Below, one piece after another: positions 8,602 to 17,588 of a stretch of 41,769 nt of DNA. The DNA is taken from positions 1-41,769 of IMG/VR virus record IMGVR_UViG_3300046513_000210; one strand, given 5' to 3'. The notes below the pieces were generated by a model. It was not told the DNA's origin. It ran no database searches and was given only the letters and a program-made list of their open reading frames with translations. A program made the position numbers and the translations under genes. Position 1 is the stretch's first letter. Each line of letters starts with the position of its first letter. The stretch comes from a virus.

Positions 8602-9077
8602 CAAACACCCATCCCGACGCGATACGGCGTCAGCAGAGACTTGGAAGCCTGAGGCAACTCGGTGGCGATTGTGCCGGTGACCACCTCTTCGCGGTTGGCG
8701 AATAGATGTCCGAGTTTCAAGAGGCAGGCGGATTGAATGCTGGTGTTGATCACGATCCCGCGGGCGTCTCGCGTTGCGGCGTCCAAAGCTTCCTTGAAAG
8801 AAAACGTCGCATCGGACACCGCTTCGCACCGTAACAGGTGATCATCGGTCAGAGCAGCAGCGGCCAAGGCGGCGTCATATTTAATTCGAGCCGCGTTCCG
8901 CGCGACGGGCACTTGCAAGAGAGCAGCATCAAGGGAAGCCTGATCAACAAAGAATGAGCGCTGGAGATAGGCCATCGCCGCATCTTCGGCCCCATCCAGT
9001 TGCGACTGGACGAGATCCTGATCCTCCGGCTCAGCCAAAAGGTGCTTCATCGCCAATTCGATGCTGATCACGCTCAT
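8601..9077 (-). CDS. Head-tail connector (gp6-like) protein
   Basis: MSVISIELAMKHLLAEPEDQDLVQSQLDGAEDAAMAYL is typical of the gp6-like connector family. Confidence 0.8.
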   Translation of the reverse strand: MSVISIELAMKHLLAEPEDQDLVQSQLDGAEDAAMAYLQRSFFVDQASLDAALLQVPVARNAARIKYDAALAAAALTDDHLLRCEAVSDATFSFKEALDAATRDARGIVINTSIQSACLLKLGHLFANREEVVTGTIATELPQASKSLLTPYRVGMGV

Positions 9078-9079
9078 GA

Positions 9080-9325
9080 TTATTTAGCCTTGTTTTTCAG
9101 CTCGGGTTTCGGCTTTTGGTTGGCCTCTGGCGCGGCTTTGTTGTCCGCTTCCTTGGCCTGTTTGTTCTCGGGTTCGGCCGCCTGCTTCACGTCGTAGTCC
9201 TCAATCAAACCGTTCCGGTGAAGCTCCTTGGCGCGGAACTCATCGACGGCAATGGCCCGACCTTTCTTCACGTACTCATGACCGTTAAGAAAGCCCTTTT
9301 TAGTTGTCACTTCGATATCTGGCAT
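9080..9325 (-). CDS. Hypothetical protein with a Lys/Glu/Pro-rich tail
   Basis: Start taken at the internal ATG 9325 (MPDIEVTTKK...), because the longer ORF would overlap the capsid gene. Confidence 0.6.
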   Translation of the reverse strand: MPDIEVTTKKGFLNGHEYVKKGRAIAVDEFRAKELHRNGLIEDYDVKQAAEPENKQAKEADNKAAPEANQKPKPELKNKAK

Positions 9326-9374
9326 CAGCACACACGCCCGGTCACCCGGGCGCGCTCCTTGGATGATTGAGGAA

Positions 9375-10634
9375 TTAAGGCGTTGGGTCTTCGAACTCGC
9401 CGTGCACGAACGATTCAGGACGGTAAACCGCCAGAGCAAGGCGCTCTTCGGCGCGGATGGTGACCATGTTGGTGCGGAAGTTGTCGCCGTCTTCGGTCGA
9501 AACCTCGACAGCAGCGTCTTCGCGGTCGAACACTTGGGCAGCGATGTTCATTGCTCCGACCAGGAACTCGCCTTCAGGCACAGCGTTGCTGTCCACCACC
9601 GGCAGCTTCCAGAGACGCTGGACGCCGCCTTCTTGGACGTTGACCCAAATGTAGGAGCCGGTGCTGTCTTTGGTCAGCTCGATATCTGCCCAATCGACCG
9701 GGTTCAGCGCAATGGCCGATGCGCGGTATTCAGCGACCCGCACTTGCAGGATCGCGCGGCGCAGGGTGTCGATCTTGGTGTCGCCAGCCTTGCGCAGTGC
9801 TTCGTTGAAGGCGGTGGCTTGTGGGATCAGGCCCAGCAGGTTTTGCCCGGTGCCGTCACCAGCGAGGATCTGCTCTTCTTCTTTGTACTTCAGGCCGTAG
9901 ATTGCGCGGCCGTTGATGTAGCTCTGAAGCAATGGGATGTCAGAAAGAACCTGCTTCGAGGCTTTGAACCAGTGAGCGATGGTTTTGACAGTGGTGGTAA
10001 CCATGCCAAACGACAGATCGGACTGGGCCTTCATCGCGCCCTCGCCTGCCTGAGGCGCTGCCATGTTTTGGAAGCCGGTCTCTTGCACGAACTCGACCGC
10101 GTTGGAAGCGGTTCGGCCAGGCATGATCAGATCGCGGATCGTGAACTGACGCTCAGGATCAGTGATGATCCCTGCGACGCGAGTCGGCTGAATCCCCACA
10201 CCCACGCCACCAGTGCCAGTGGTCGCGCTGGTGATGTTGGTGACAGCCTTCAGATTCAAGCGGGCAATACCGCGACCTTTGGTGGTCAGAGCCTGGTAAT
10301 CGTCCGAATCCGACAGTTGTTCGCCGACGGACTTTTGCTCGCTCGGATCGTTCGCGGCGAAGCGACGTGCGAGCTTCTGCTCGATATCCTGGAAGCGATC
10401 CTGAAGGGCCAGACCATCCTTCACCAGACCATCCAGAATGGTTTTGGTCTCGGTCAGGATGGTGCCGTGTTCCTTGATTTCTTTGTTGGCTTTCTCAGCG
10501 AAAGCCTTGATTTCTTGGTCGCGCTGATCGAGCAGGTCATTGACTGCTTTCAGTTGGACTTTGTCGTCTGCATGTTCCTTGCGGTGCATCTGACGATCTT
10601 CGGCGCGAGCCTGGTTGCTCATGGCGTTATGCAT
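9375..10634 (-). CDS. Major capsid protein, HK97 fold, with an N-terminal delta (scaffold) domain
   Basis: 419 aa with a coiled-coil N-terminal ~100 aa. Follows the prohead protease. Confidence 0.92.
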   Translation of the reverse strand: MHNAMSNQARAEDRQMHRKEHADDKVQLKAVNDLLDQRDQEIKAFAEKANKEIKEHGTILTETKTILDGLVKDGLALQDRFQDIEQKLARRFAANDPSEQKSVGEQLSDSDDYQALTTKGRGIARLNLKAVTNITSATTGTGGVGVGIQPTRVAGIITDPERQFTIRDLIMPGRTASNAVEFVQETGFQNMAAPQAGEGAMKAQSDLSFGMVTTTVKTIAHWFKASKQVLSDIPLLQSYINGRAIYGLKYKEEEQILAGDGTGQNLLGLIPQATAFNEALRKAGDTKIDTLRRAILQVRVAEYRASAIALNPVDWADIELTKDSTGSYIWVNVQEGGVQRLWKLPVVDSNAVPEGEFLVGAMNIAAQVFDREDAAVEVSTEDGDNFRTNMVTIRAEERLALAVYRPESFVHGEFEDPTP

Positions 10635-10643
10635 GGTGAATCC

Positions 10644-11345
10644 TCAAAACGAAGGGAGGGACAGTGCTGGGCGCGACTTAAGCGCCTCGACCACTTCAAT
10701 TGCTGCCAAGTCGCCCGCGGACTCGCTCCGGAGCAGATGCTGCAGCCCGCGGTTGGCAATCACCGCGGACTGAGTTTTCGAGAAGCCTGCCTCGCGCAGG
10801 AGCAGCTCAAATTCAGGTAGTGAAGGCAGACCGCCATGGGCCAGCTTCGACTTGATAGTGTCTGTACGGGCTTCGTCGTTGGCCGGCACAGTCACGATGG
10901 AAATCTCGACCAGGTCGAGTTTGGTCAGGGTTCGGATCCGGGTCTTCTCGTCGAAGCTGGATTCACGGACGTAGTAGCCGATGGAGAGTCCGGTGATCGA
11001 TCTAGACTTCATGCCTCGCATGGCGATGCGCGCATACGGGGCATCAGCCAGCCAGAGTTCGCCATCCCCGAACAGACCTTTTGCGTCCTCTTTCAAGGTG
11101 TCCATCGACCACGATCCGATGGGCTCGGCAGTACGATGCTGCCAAAGAACCGGAAGCGAACGAGACTTCGCCTTCAAATCCGCGATGGACTCGAGAAACG
11201 CACCCGGGGCAACCACTTCGTTGTAGCTATCGATCACGCCGAACACGGAACCGTATCCAGAAAAAAGGCCGTCATCACTGACAGCCTTCACGTCGTAGTC
11301 GAATGAGCGGTACTTCACCGCCACCGATTGGTCTTTTCGGTTCAT
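10644..11345 (-). CDS. Prohead protease (HK97 family)
   Basis: GYGSVFGVIDSYNEVVAPGAF...LPVLWQHR motif pattern. Lies between portal and capsid. Confidence 0.9.
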   Translation of the reverse strand: MNRKDQSVAVKYRSFDYDVKAVSDDGLFSGYGSVFGVIDSYNEVVAPGAFLESIADLKAKSRSLPVLWQHRTAEPIGSWSMDTLKEDAKGLFGDGELWLADAPYARIAMRGMKSRSITGLSIGYYVRESSFDEKTRIRTLTKLDLVEISIVTVPANDEARTDTIKSKLAHGGLPSLPEFELLLREAGFSKTQSAVIANRGLQHLLRSESAGDLAAIEVVEALKSRPALSLPSF

Positions 11346-12679
11346 TCAGAATTACCTTTTGGCTTGTCGTTGAGCCAATCAATCAACGCTGAACGCGCCT
11401 GTTGGGCATCGCCGGCATCGCCGCCGAGTTTTTCGATTGGCAGCATGTTTGACTGAACTGTGAGCTGTGCAGCGTTGCCGCCTTTGGGTGCGAGGTTCTC
11501 TTTGATCCGGCACTCATCGCGGGTGTAGATACCGTTCTGGGTCATTGAGCTGTAAAAGGCTGCGCGCGCGGCGCTATCGGCACGAAGCAAGCCTTCCGGG
11601 TTGAACTTGGCGTAGAACCGGCGGCGCTCTTCGGGGCGCAACAATCTCCGATTAATGCTCTGCTCGATGCGCTTCATCCAGGGCAACAACGTGAAGCTCA
11701 GGAACCCAAGCATTTGCTGCTCCATGCCCGTGCCCCAGCTGGTGCTGTTCGACGTATGGCCGACCATCCAAGGCGGAACACGAAACCAACGGCAGATCTC
11801 TTCAACGTTGAAGGCTCGGGTTTGCAGCATTTGGGCATCCTCAGGCGTCATGGACACCTGCTGATATTTCATGCCAGCTTCCAGCACCATCGTCTTGCCG
11901 GTGTTCACCGCGCCGGCGAACTTGGCAGCCATGTCCTCGCGGATGTCCTCTCGCTGGGCTTTGTTGAGAATCTGGTCGGTGGACAGAACGCCGCCGAGCT
12001 TCATCCCATTGGCGAACATCTTGCTGGCTGACTCATCGGCAGCCATCGCAGCGCCGAATACATTGCGGCCCATGGCAAGCGGGCTCAAGCCGCACATGGG
12101 ATCGGTTCCAAACCCGCGCGTGTGCATCATCTGCTCATCAAGCAACGTGTGAGGCTTACCCTCGCTGTCGATGAACCGATATTCGATAGCGCCGCTGCTT
12201 GTGCGCCGGGGCGGTGAAACCGACTGCGGGAGAATGAACTCCAGCGAAGACAGGTCGCGCCCTACAAGATGAGGCTCATTGAAACTGTTGCCGCTGAGCA
12301 GCAAGCTGGCCACCACGCACTCCCAGAACTCAACAGGGGTTTGGTCGGCGTTCGGTTGCTGACTGATCACACGGTGGACGGGGTGCGAAGTGGCAACCTC
12401 CGGGACACCGTTTTTGTTTTCGTAGAGAGCGATCGGGAGGGTGGCAAGCGTTTCGGCGATGAGGCGTACGCAGGCCCACACCGTTGAAAGCTGAAGCGCT
12501 GTTTGCTGGCTAACCGTTTTGCCCGATGCGGAGTCGGTGCCGTAGAAACCATTCCAGAAGGCCGCGTCACCGAGACCGATACGCCGCCCGACCCAACCAA
12601 CCAGCGAAGACTTGACCAGCCCGGGCTCCGCCGATTTAAACAGCGCCTGCCGCAATACAGACTTGAGAGGTTTATTCAC
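11342..12679 (-). CDS. Portal protein (HK97 family)
   Basis: 445 aa with a GTG start. Synteny TerL-portal-protease. Confidence 0.9.
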   Translation of the reverse strand: MNKPLKSVLRQALFKSAEPGLVKSSLVGWVGRRIGLGDAAFWNGFYGTDSASGKTVSQQTALQLSTVWACVRLIAETLATLPIALYENKNGVPEVATSHPVHRVISQQPNADQTPVEFWECVVASLLLSGNSFNEPHLVGRDLSSLEFILPQSVSPPRRTSSGAIEYRFIDSEGKPHTLLDEQMMHTRGFGTDPMCGLSPLAMGRNVFGAAMAADESASKMFANGMKLGGVLSTDQILNKAQREDIREDMAAKFAGAVNTGKTMVLEAGMKYQQVSMTPEDAQMLQTRAFNVEEICRWFRVPPWMVGHTSNSTSWGTGMEQQMLGFLSFTLLPWMKRIEQSINRRLLRPEERRRFYAKFNPEGLLRADSAARAAFYSSMTQNGIYTRDECRIKENLAPKGGNAAQLTVQSNMLPIEKLGGDAGDAQQARSALIDWLNDKPKGNSE

Positions 12680-12836
12680 CGGTCAGCCCCTTGCGAATGA
12701 ATCCAGCGGCGGCCAAAAACGATGATGCGCCGGCGATAAGTGCCCATCCGAGACCGGCTAGGACAAACACGCCGGCGACAAACAGGCACAGCGCGGCCAC
12801 GGCCGCCACGATGAAGAGGATCAGGCCTGTATCCAT
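12672..12836 (-). CDS. 54-aa hydrophobic protein, predicted two transmembrane segments
   Basis: Hand translation gives MDTGLILFIVAAVAALCLFVAGVFVLAGLGWALIAGASSFLAAAGFIRKGLTGE. Its stop overlaps the portal GTG (GTGAATAA). It falls below the 60-aa cutoff of the ORF track. Confidence 0.5.
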   Translation of the reverse strand: MDTGLILFIVAAVAALCLFVAGVFVLAGLGWALIAGASSFLAAAGFIRKGLTGE

Positions 12837-12843
12837 GGGTGAG

Positions 12844-14571
12844 TTATCCAACGATGATAGGTTTTGAAAAGAAGTCGCTTATGTTGCCGCTGTTGTCATT
12901 GGCCAGAATCAGTGCACGGCCGATAGCCATGATCAACGCCACCGCGCCGTCGATCTTGTTGTCGTCACCCTGCTTGATGGGCCGCACGACATCGTCGTTA
13001 CCAGGCATGTTCTTGCCGATCACGTTGGCGATACACCAGGTCATGATCGGGTGACCATCGTGATGGAACCTGCCGGCGGTTATGGCCGCTTCGAGCTCCT
13101 TCATGGGATCGGACATGTTGGTGTAGTTCTGCGTGATCGTGATTGGGCTGAAGCCTTCGTCGTCGAGGTCGTGGCTTAGGCCAGTTGCACCGTGTGGGTC
13201 GATTGGGCATTCGCGAACCGGCGCCTGGTGATTGGCTTCTTTGGTGTCTTCGAAGATTTCGCGGTAATCGATTTCGGCACCGTCGGTTATGTCCAGGTGC
13301 TTTGAGTTGATCCATGCCTGGAACCGCTCGGACATGCGCTTGTTGTCGCTGTCGTAAGCGGTGTCATAGGGCACCCAGAACTTCGGCGCAACGCTGTAGT
13401 AGTGGGTCTTGCCATCTATGACTCGCCAGAACAACCGCGCCCGCGAGTTCATGTCCAGCTTGCGGGCCAAGTCGAAGCCTGCAATCCACTCTTGTCCCTC
13501 GAACTGCTCAAGCGAGAGCGTGGTGTCCTCGCAGGATCTCCAGTCTTCCATGTTAAAGAAGCCGGACTTTGCACTCACCCAGAGGTTGAGGTGCTTCGTT
13601 TTGAAGGTGTTCGCGAAACGCGCTGAGCGGATTGCCCTCGCCTGCTGGCTCTCCAGATACTCTTGGAACACCGAAACCCCGTGGTTGGGGTTGGCCTTGG
13701 CCAGCATCTTTGGATCAGTCCAGTCGTCCCCCTCGTCCAGCGTCCAGATCCAGCCGAACAGCTCTTCGTCAGGAACGGTACCGGCCAGCATCTCCACGAC
13801 TTGCCGGCGCTTGTCGTAGCAGGGGCCTTCGATATCGGCGCCGGCGGTGGTGATGATGAACATCAATGGCTGCCGTCTTGCACCCATACCGGTGAGCATG
13901 GTGTCGTACTGAGCTGATGTAGGGTGTTCGTGGTATTCGTCGACGATGGCGCAGCTCGGTGATGCGCCGTCGCCTGGGTTGCCAATCAGTGGTTCGAATC
14001 GGCTGAAGTCGGACGGGATATTCATGTTCGAGGCGTTGACCTCGATCCCAGCCGCCTGAATGAGCATCGGTGATTTACTAACCATCAGCTTGGCGGGGCG
14101 GAAAACTTCCCAAGCCTGTTTCTCCGTAGTGGCTCCCGCATATACCTCAGCGCCGAACTCACCGTCGGCAACAAACATGCTGATGCCCACACCGCCGGCG
14201 ACCACTGACTTTCCGTTTTTGCGTGGCACTTCCCAGTAGCTTTCACGGAATCGGCGGTGTCCGCCCTTCTTCTTCACCCAACCGAACGTCACGGCCAGGC
14301 CAAAAAGCTGCCATGGCTCCAGAGTTATCAGCTGACGCTTGAATGCCCACTCACCTTTGGTGTGCGGTAGCAACTGCATAAGCTTAAGCTTTTTCTCTGC
14401 CTTGGCCGGGTCAAACTTGAAACGAAACCCGCGCTTGCGACTGGCGGCAAGGTCGTCGAAGTGCCGCTGAATCGCTTGGTGAATGTAACGGCAGGCCGGC
14501 ACCTTTCCACGGAGCAATGACCGACCCCACGCCATTGCCTTGTCGACGTTGGGGTGGGCGGATTTGGTCAT
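12844..14571 (-). CDS. Terminase large subunit
   Basis: 575 aa. Walker-A-like VPRKNGKS, and DEYHEH / nuclease-region motifs. Confidence 0.92.
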   Translation of the reverse strand: MTKSAHPNVDKAMAWGRSLLRGKVPACRYIHQAIQRHFDDLAASRKRGFRFKFDPAKAEKKLKLMQLLPHTKGEWAFKRQLITLEPWQLFGLAVTFGWVKKKGGHRRFRESYWEVPRKNGKSVVAGGVGISMFVADGEFGAEVYAGATTEKQAWEVFRPAKLMVSKSPMLIQAAGIEVNASNMNIPSDFSRFEPLIGNPGDGASPSCAIVDEYHEHPTSAQYDTMLTGMGARRQPLMFIITTAGADIEGPCYDKRRQVVEMLAGTVPDEELFGWIWTLDEGDDWTDPKMLAKANPNHGVSVFQEYLESQQARAIRSARFANTFKTKHLNLWVSAKSGFFNMEDWRSCEDTTLSLEQFEGQEWIAGFDLARKLDMNSRARLFWRVIDGKTHYYSVAPKFWVPYDTAYDSDNKRMSERFQAWINSKHLDITDGAEIDYREIFEDTKEANHQAPVRECPIDPHGATGLSHDLDDEGFSPITITQNYTNMSDPMKELEAAITAGRFHHDGHPIMTWCIANVIGKNMPGNDDVVRPIKQGDDNKIDGAVALIMAIGRALILANDNSGNISDFFSKPIIVG

Positions 14572-15056
14572 CAGCTACTCAGAAGTTTGGCGAATTCGTT
14601 GGTTTCTTTCTCCTTATTGCCCCCAATCAAGCGTGTTCGACTGGCTGGATCGAGGCCGAGCATCGACCCGAAGGTCACCATCTGGCGCATCGTTTCGTTC
14701 GCAGCGGTGAGTGCGGGGTTTTTCATCGGCCCACCGGTGGCGCCGGTCACTACGATGCCGTGCGCCGCGATCGACTCCTGCGCCATACGCCAGTTGTCAT
14801 ACGCGCTGCAGAAAGCTTCGACGTTATGAAGGTCGGTGATCGCGACGACGTTTTCCCGCAGCAACTCGGGAACGATCATGTTCCACATGGTGGCGGCTCG
14901 TTGGCTAAACCATTCAGGCGGATCGATATTGGTGATCTTGGAAAACTGAGGCTCGGCCTTATTGAGGGCGCGTTTCCCCGGATTACCGGCCAGCTCTTTC
15001 TTGGCCGTCGGCTTGGGTTTGCGACCACGGCCGGCGACCGTGGCGGTGCCTCCCAT
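14571..15056 (-). CDS. Terminase small subunit (P27 family)
   Basis: The N-terminal [21 protein letters not shown] signature. One-nucleotide overlap with TerL. Confidence 0.88.
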   Translation of the reverse strand: MGGTATVAGRGRKPKPTAKKELAGNPGKRALNKAEPQFSKITNIDPPEWFSQRAATMWNMIVPELLRENVVAITDLHNVEAFCSAYDNWRMAQESIAAHGIVVTGATGGPMKNPALTAANETMRQMVTFGSMLGLDPASRTRLIGGNKEKETNEFAKLLSS

Positions 15057-15215
15057 CGCGCAACTCCTAGATTTTTAATTTCGCGGTCGTGCAAGAAGAC
15101 CTCAGGGCGCGGTCTAGAAGCCAAAACCCCTGAACTTTTGACCCTCCCCCTCCCCTAGGTGCGAATTCGTCTCATTTGAGCCGAATTTCACTGTTTTCGC
15201 GGGGATTTTCTGTTT
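15057..15215. other. Putative cos / packaging-initiation region
   Basis: 159-bp non-coding gap between HNH and TerS, the HK97 arrangement. Minus strand has GAAAACAG x2, CCGCGAAA x2, GAATTCG-like x2 and the G-tract CCTAGGGGAGGGGGAGGG. Confidence 0.45.
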
Positions 15216-15590
15216 TCAGCGCCGCGCGTTACCGAAACCGCCGTCTTCCGAGGCCGTCTTGGCCGAATGGCACGGCCCGCACAAGCTTTGCCAGTTGGTC
15301 TTGTCCCAGAACAGCGTCATGTCGTTCTTGTGAGGGATGATGTGGTCGACATCTGTTGCTACCACGACCAATCCGCGCTCGGTGCAGTGTCGGCACAATG
15401 GATGCTTGGCCAACCAGCCCGCGCGTGCCTGCTGCCACTTGTAGTTGTAGTGGCGTTTGGTGCTGCTCTCTCGTGGCTTGGCCCGGGCGGCACTCTTCAG
15501 CAGGTGCGCGTGGTCATCACAATACCGAGGGTTGCGCGTGAGCGCGTTGCATCCCTGGGCGTTGCATGGCTTCTGTGGCCTTAACGGCAT
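15216..15590 (-). CDS. HNH endonuclease (packaging-associated)
   Basis: DVDHIIPHKND...NWQSLCGPCHSAKT, plus CxxC pairs. Lies immediately upstream of the terminase genes. Confidence 0.9.
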   Translation of the reverse strand: MPLRPQKPCNAQGCNALTRNPRYCDDHAHLLKSAARAKPRESSTKRHYNYKWQQARAGWLAKHPLCRHCTERGLVVVATDVDHIIPHKNDMTLFWDKTNWQSLCGPCHSAKTASEDGGFGNARR

Positions 15591-15760
15591 GGCGAGCCAT
15601 CCATATAGGTCAGAGGCTGAGCATCAGGATCTTCAGGCTCATCCTCGGCCATCGCTTGGATCAGCAGGTCGAGCCTCTGGGCCACTTGGCTCATTGACTG
15701 AGCGGTGCTCTCTTGGGCGATCACCAGCCTTTCCAGTAACGAGATCAACGGATCGCTCAT
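15581..15760 (-). CDS. 59-aa acidic hypothetical protein
   Basis: Hand translation MSDPLISLLERLVIAQESTAQSMSQVAQRLDLLIQAMAEDEPEDPDAQPLTYMDGSPCR. Third-position GC is higher than in the competing 68-aa track ORF. Its 3' end overlaps the HNH start by 10 nt. Confidence 0.5.
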   Translation of the reverse strand: MSDPLISLLERLVIAQESTAQSMSQVAQRLDLLIQAMAEDEPEDPDAQPLTYMDGSPCR

Positions 15761-15848
15761 ACGCCACCTTGCTCCACTTCTTTATCCACTCACGCCGGGC
15801 GGCGCATCCAGTGCATGCCATCACTGACCTCCTGCCATCACGCAAGCG

Positions 15849-16187
15849 TTAAGGCGCTTGCCGCTCGACGGCTTCGTTGACCTTCTCCGCTGCCTTGCTC
15901 GCGGTATCGGCGGCATGGACTGCTGAGTTCGAGGCTTCCTGCACTTTCACCGCTGCATCCTGCGTCTTCTCGGCCAAGCTGTTGAGGCGAACGTCGCGCT
16001 TACCCAGTGCTGCGTCGTAGGCTGCGCGAACCTCGGCGAGCTGCTTCGTCTGCTCACTGCTGGCTGACCACACGCCAGCCTGGTAACCAAGGATCAGACC
16101 GCCTGCCAGCAGTAGCGCAGCGATCAACCATATCTCGGCCCGTCGCCACCAGCGACGAGCAATGAATTCCATAGCGCATCTGTCCAT
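15849..16187 (-). CDS. Membrane-anchored coiled-coil protein (predicted N-in, C-out)
   Basis: RRWWRR is followed by the TM segment IWLIAALLLAGGLILGY and then a helical Ala/Lys/Glu-rich region. ATGA overlap with the upstream gene. Confidence 0.75.
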   Translation of the reverse strand: MDRCAMEFIARRWWRRAEIWLIAALLLAGGLILGYQAGVWSASSEQTKQLAEVRAAYDAALGKRDVRLNSLAEKTQDAAVKVQEASNSAVHAADTASKAAEKVNEAVERQAP

Positions 16188-16558
16188 CAGCTGATGCCTC
16201 CCAGTTTGGTACGCAGGCGGGCGATTTCTTCGCTCTGCGAGGTAACCGTTGCGGTGAGCTGTGCGACCTGACTGGTGAGGGCTTCGATCTTCCCTTCCAT
16301 TCGCCCAACTGCTGCGGCGAGCTCGTTGCGCTCCTTGGCAAACTGGTCAGCCCGAGCTTCAGCCTCCTTTCGTGCGACACGCTCGGAGTCCAGCAGCTCA
16401 TTCAGCCGGCGAAGCGTGAAGATGTCGGCGTTATCCATCGCCCTGTCTGCAGCATCCTTCGAAAGGAATTTACGCAACCAAAGGAAGGCTGCCAGCAACA
16501 CGGTTCCGGTACCGCCCAGCCAAGTAGCCGTGCCCGGGCCGAGGTCAGTAGGATCCAT
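16187..16558 (-). CDS. Membrane-anchored coiled-coil protein (predicted N-out, C-in)
   Basis: Acidic N-terminus, TM segment WLGGTGTVLLAAFLWL, then RKFLSK and a heptad-like helix. GGAG RBS. It is the first gene after the late terminator. Confidence 0.75.
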   Translation of the reverse strand: MDPTDLGPGTATWLGGTGTVLLAAFLWLRKFLSKDAADRAMDNADIFTLRRLNELLDSERVARKEAEARADQFAKERNELAAAVGRMEGKIEALTSQVAQLTATVTSQSEEIARLRTKLGGIS

Positions 16559-16570
16559 CCGATACTCCAG

Positions 16571-16600
16571 AAACGAAAAAGCCCCGCACAGTGGCGGGGC
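16571..16600 (-). terminator. tR'-like intrinsic terminator downstream of the late promoter
   Basis: Minus strand reads GCCCCGC-CACTGT-GCGGGGC followed by TTTTTCGTTTC. Confidence 0.8.
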
Positions 16601-16651
16601 TCAGAATTATTAGTCGTCTCTCATAACGCGCAAGATCGACATGATGGGGCT

Positions 16652-16680
16652 AATTTATGATCATTCCGCCACTACGTCAA
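16652..16680 (-). promoter_or_regulatory. Late promoter (PR'-like): TTGACG, 17-bp spacer, TAAATT
   Basis: Hexamers and spacer were counted on the minus strand. The -35 overlaps the stop of the upstream gene. A terminator follows ~50 nt after the predicted start, giving a lambda 6S-RNA-like layout. Confidence 0.65.
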
Positions 16681-17240
16681 GCGACGTCTATGAAGATCTG
16701 TTCCCGGTCGAATATCTCAGTGGCGTGGATCACCGCGGCCTCTTCCAGTGACTCCAAGCGCTTGGCGATGCCGGTCTTCCAGCGACGACGGGTTGACTCT
16801 GGCTTACCTTCCACGTCCCAACTGTTCATGTCGTAGAACTCGGCAGGCAGCACGATCATGTCGGTGGAGCGCTTGCCCACCTGAACGCCTTTCAGCTTCG
16901 GTATGGCCCAGGCAGTCAGCGCCTTATAGATGAACACCTGAGGCGCCGGAGAAACCATGCGAGCGACAAGACGGCCAATGGCGCCGACCTTGTTGGCCTT
17001 ATGAGTCGAGTACTTCGCCACCAGCACATCCCACTGCGCAGCGTCGAGCTGACGGTGCAGCAGCGCGTACAGGCAGCAGTCATAGTCGAACTTGTCGCGC
17101 ACTGACAACGAACTGCCGGTACCGCCTTGGCGAAGGTCGGCATCAATCAGCTTTTGCCACGACTGCTTGGTGCTGTTGTCGATGTTGTCGGCGGCGAGCA
17201 CGCGCACCAGGGTACCCATCACGTCCTTATACATACCCAT
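16677..17240 (-). CDS. Hypothetical protein in the Q (late antiterminator) position
   Basis: 187 aa from ATG 17240. It is the last gene of the PR operon, directly upstream of the promoter-plus-terminator pair. No motif was recognised. Confidence 0.8.
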   Translation of the reverse strand: MGMYKDVMGTLVRVLAADNIDNSTKQSWQKLIDADLRQGGTGSSLSVRDKFDYDCCLYALLHRQLDAAQWDVLVAKYSTHKANKVGAIGRLVARMVSPAPQVFIYKALTAWAIPKLKGVQVGKRSTDMIVLPAEFYDMNSWDVEGKPESTRRRWKTGIAKRLESLEEAAVIHATEIFDREQIFIDVA

Positions 17241-17242
17241 GC

Positions 17243-17557
17243 TCAATCCCCTTTGTAAGACGAGCCACCAGGCCCGCGATGGTTGTTCTCTTGGTATTGA
17301 GCGACGACCCCGTCGACCTTTACCGGCAGCGCTGCAATGTGGCGCCCATGGCGGATCAGCATGCCGAGCTGAAAGATCAGGTCATCGACTGGCAACGGCT
17401 CAAGCGTTTCGGCTCGAACCAAGCCGGAGGCGTGGCAACCAATGCAGGCGAGTTGATAGAACACTCCCTTTATCAAGCCTTTGCCAGCACAGGACGGGCA
17501 ATCAGAGAGCGGGATCTGGCGGCGCACAAAGGCGGGGCCATGCTGCTTTTTATCCAT
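17243..17557 (-). CDS. Small protein with two DnaJ-type CxxCxGxG zinc-finger motifs
   Basis: CPSCAGKG and CIGCHASG. Start taken at MDKKQHG (ATG 17557), preceded by AGGCGAGG. Confidence 0.7.
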   Translation of the reverse strand: MDKKQHGPAFVRRQIPLSDCPSCAGKGLIKGVFYQLACIGCHASGLVRAETLEPLPVDDLIFQLGMLIRHGRHIAALPVKVDGVVAQYQENNHRGPGGSSYKGD

Positions 17558-17588
17558 TTTTAAACCTCGCCTTTTATGGTTTCGTGAT

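Noticed and set aside
9363-10820. 485-aa plus-strand ORF
   Set aside because: It is antisense to the clearly recognisable HK97 capsid and protease genes, and its product is low-complexity (Arg/Val/Asp-rich). This is the typical shadow ORF of GC-rich DNA. The same reasoning applies to 1677..2600, 3997..4770, 39230..40201, 40220..41692, 27832..28416 and 27962..28678.
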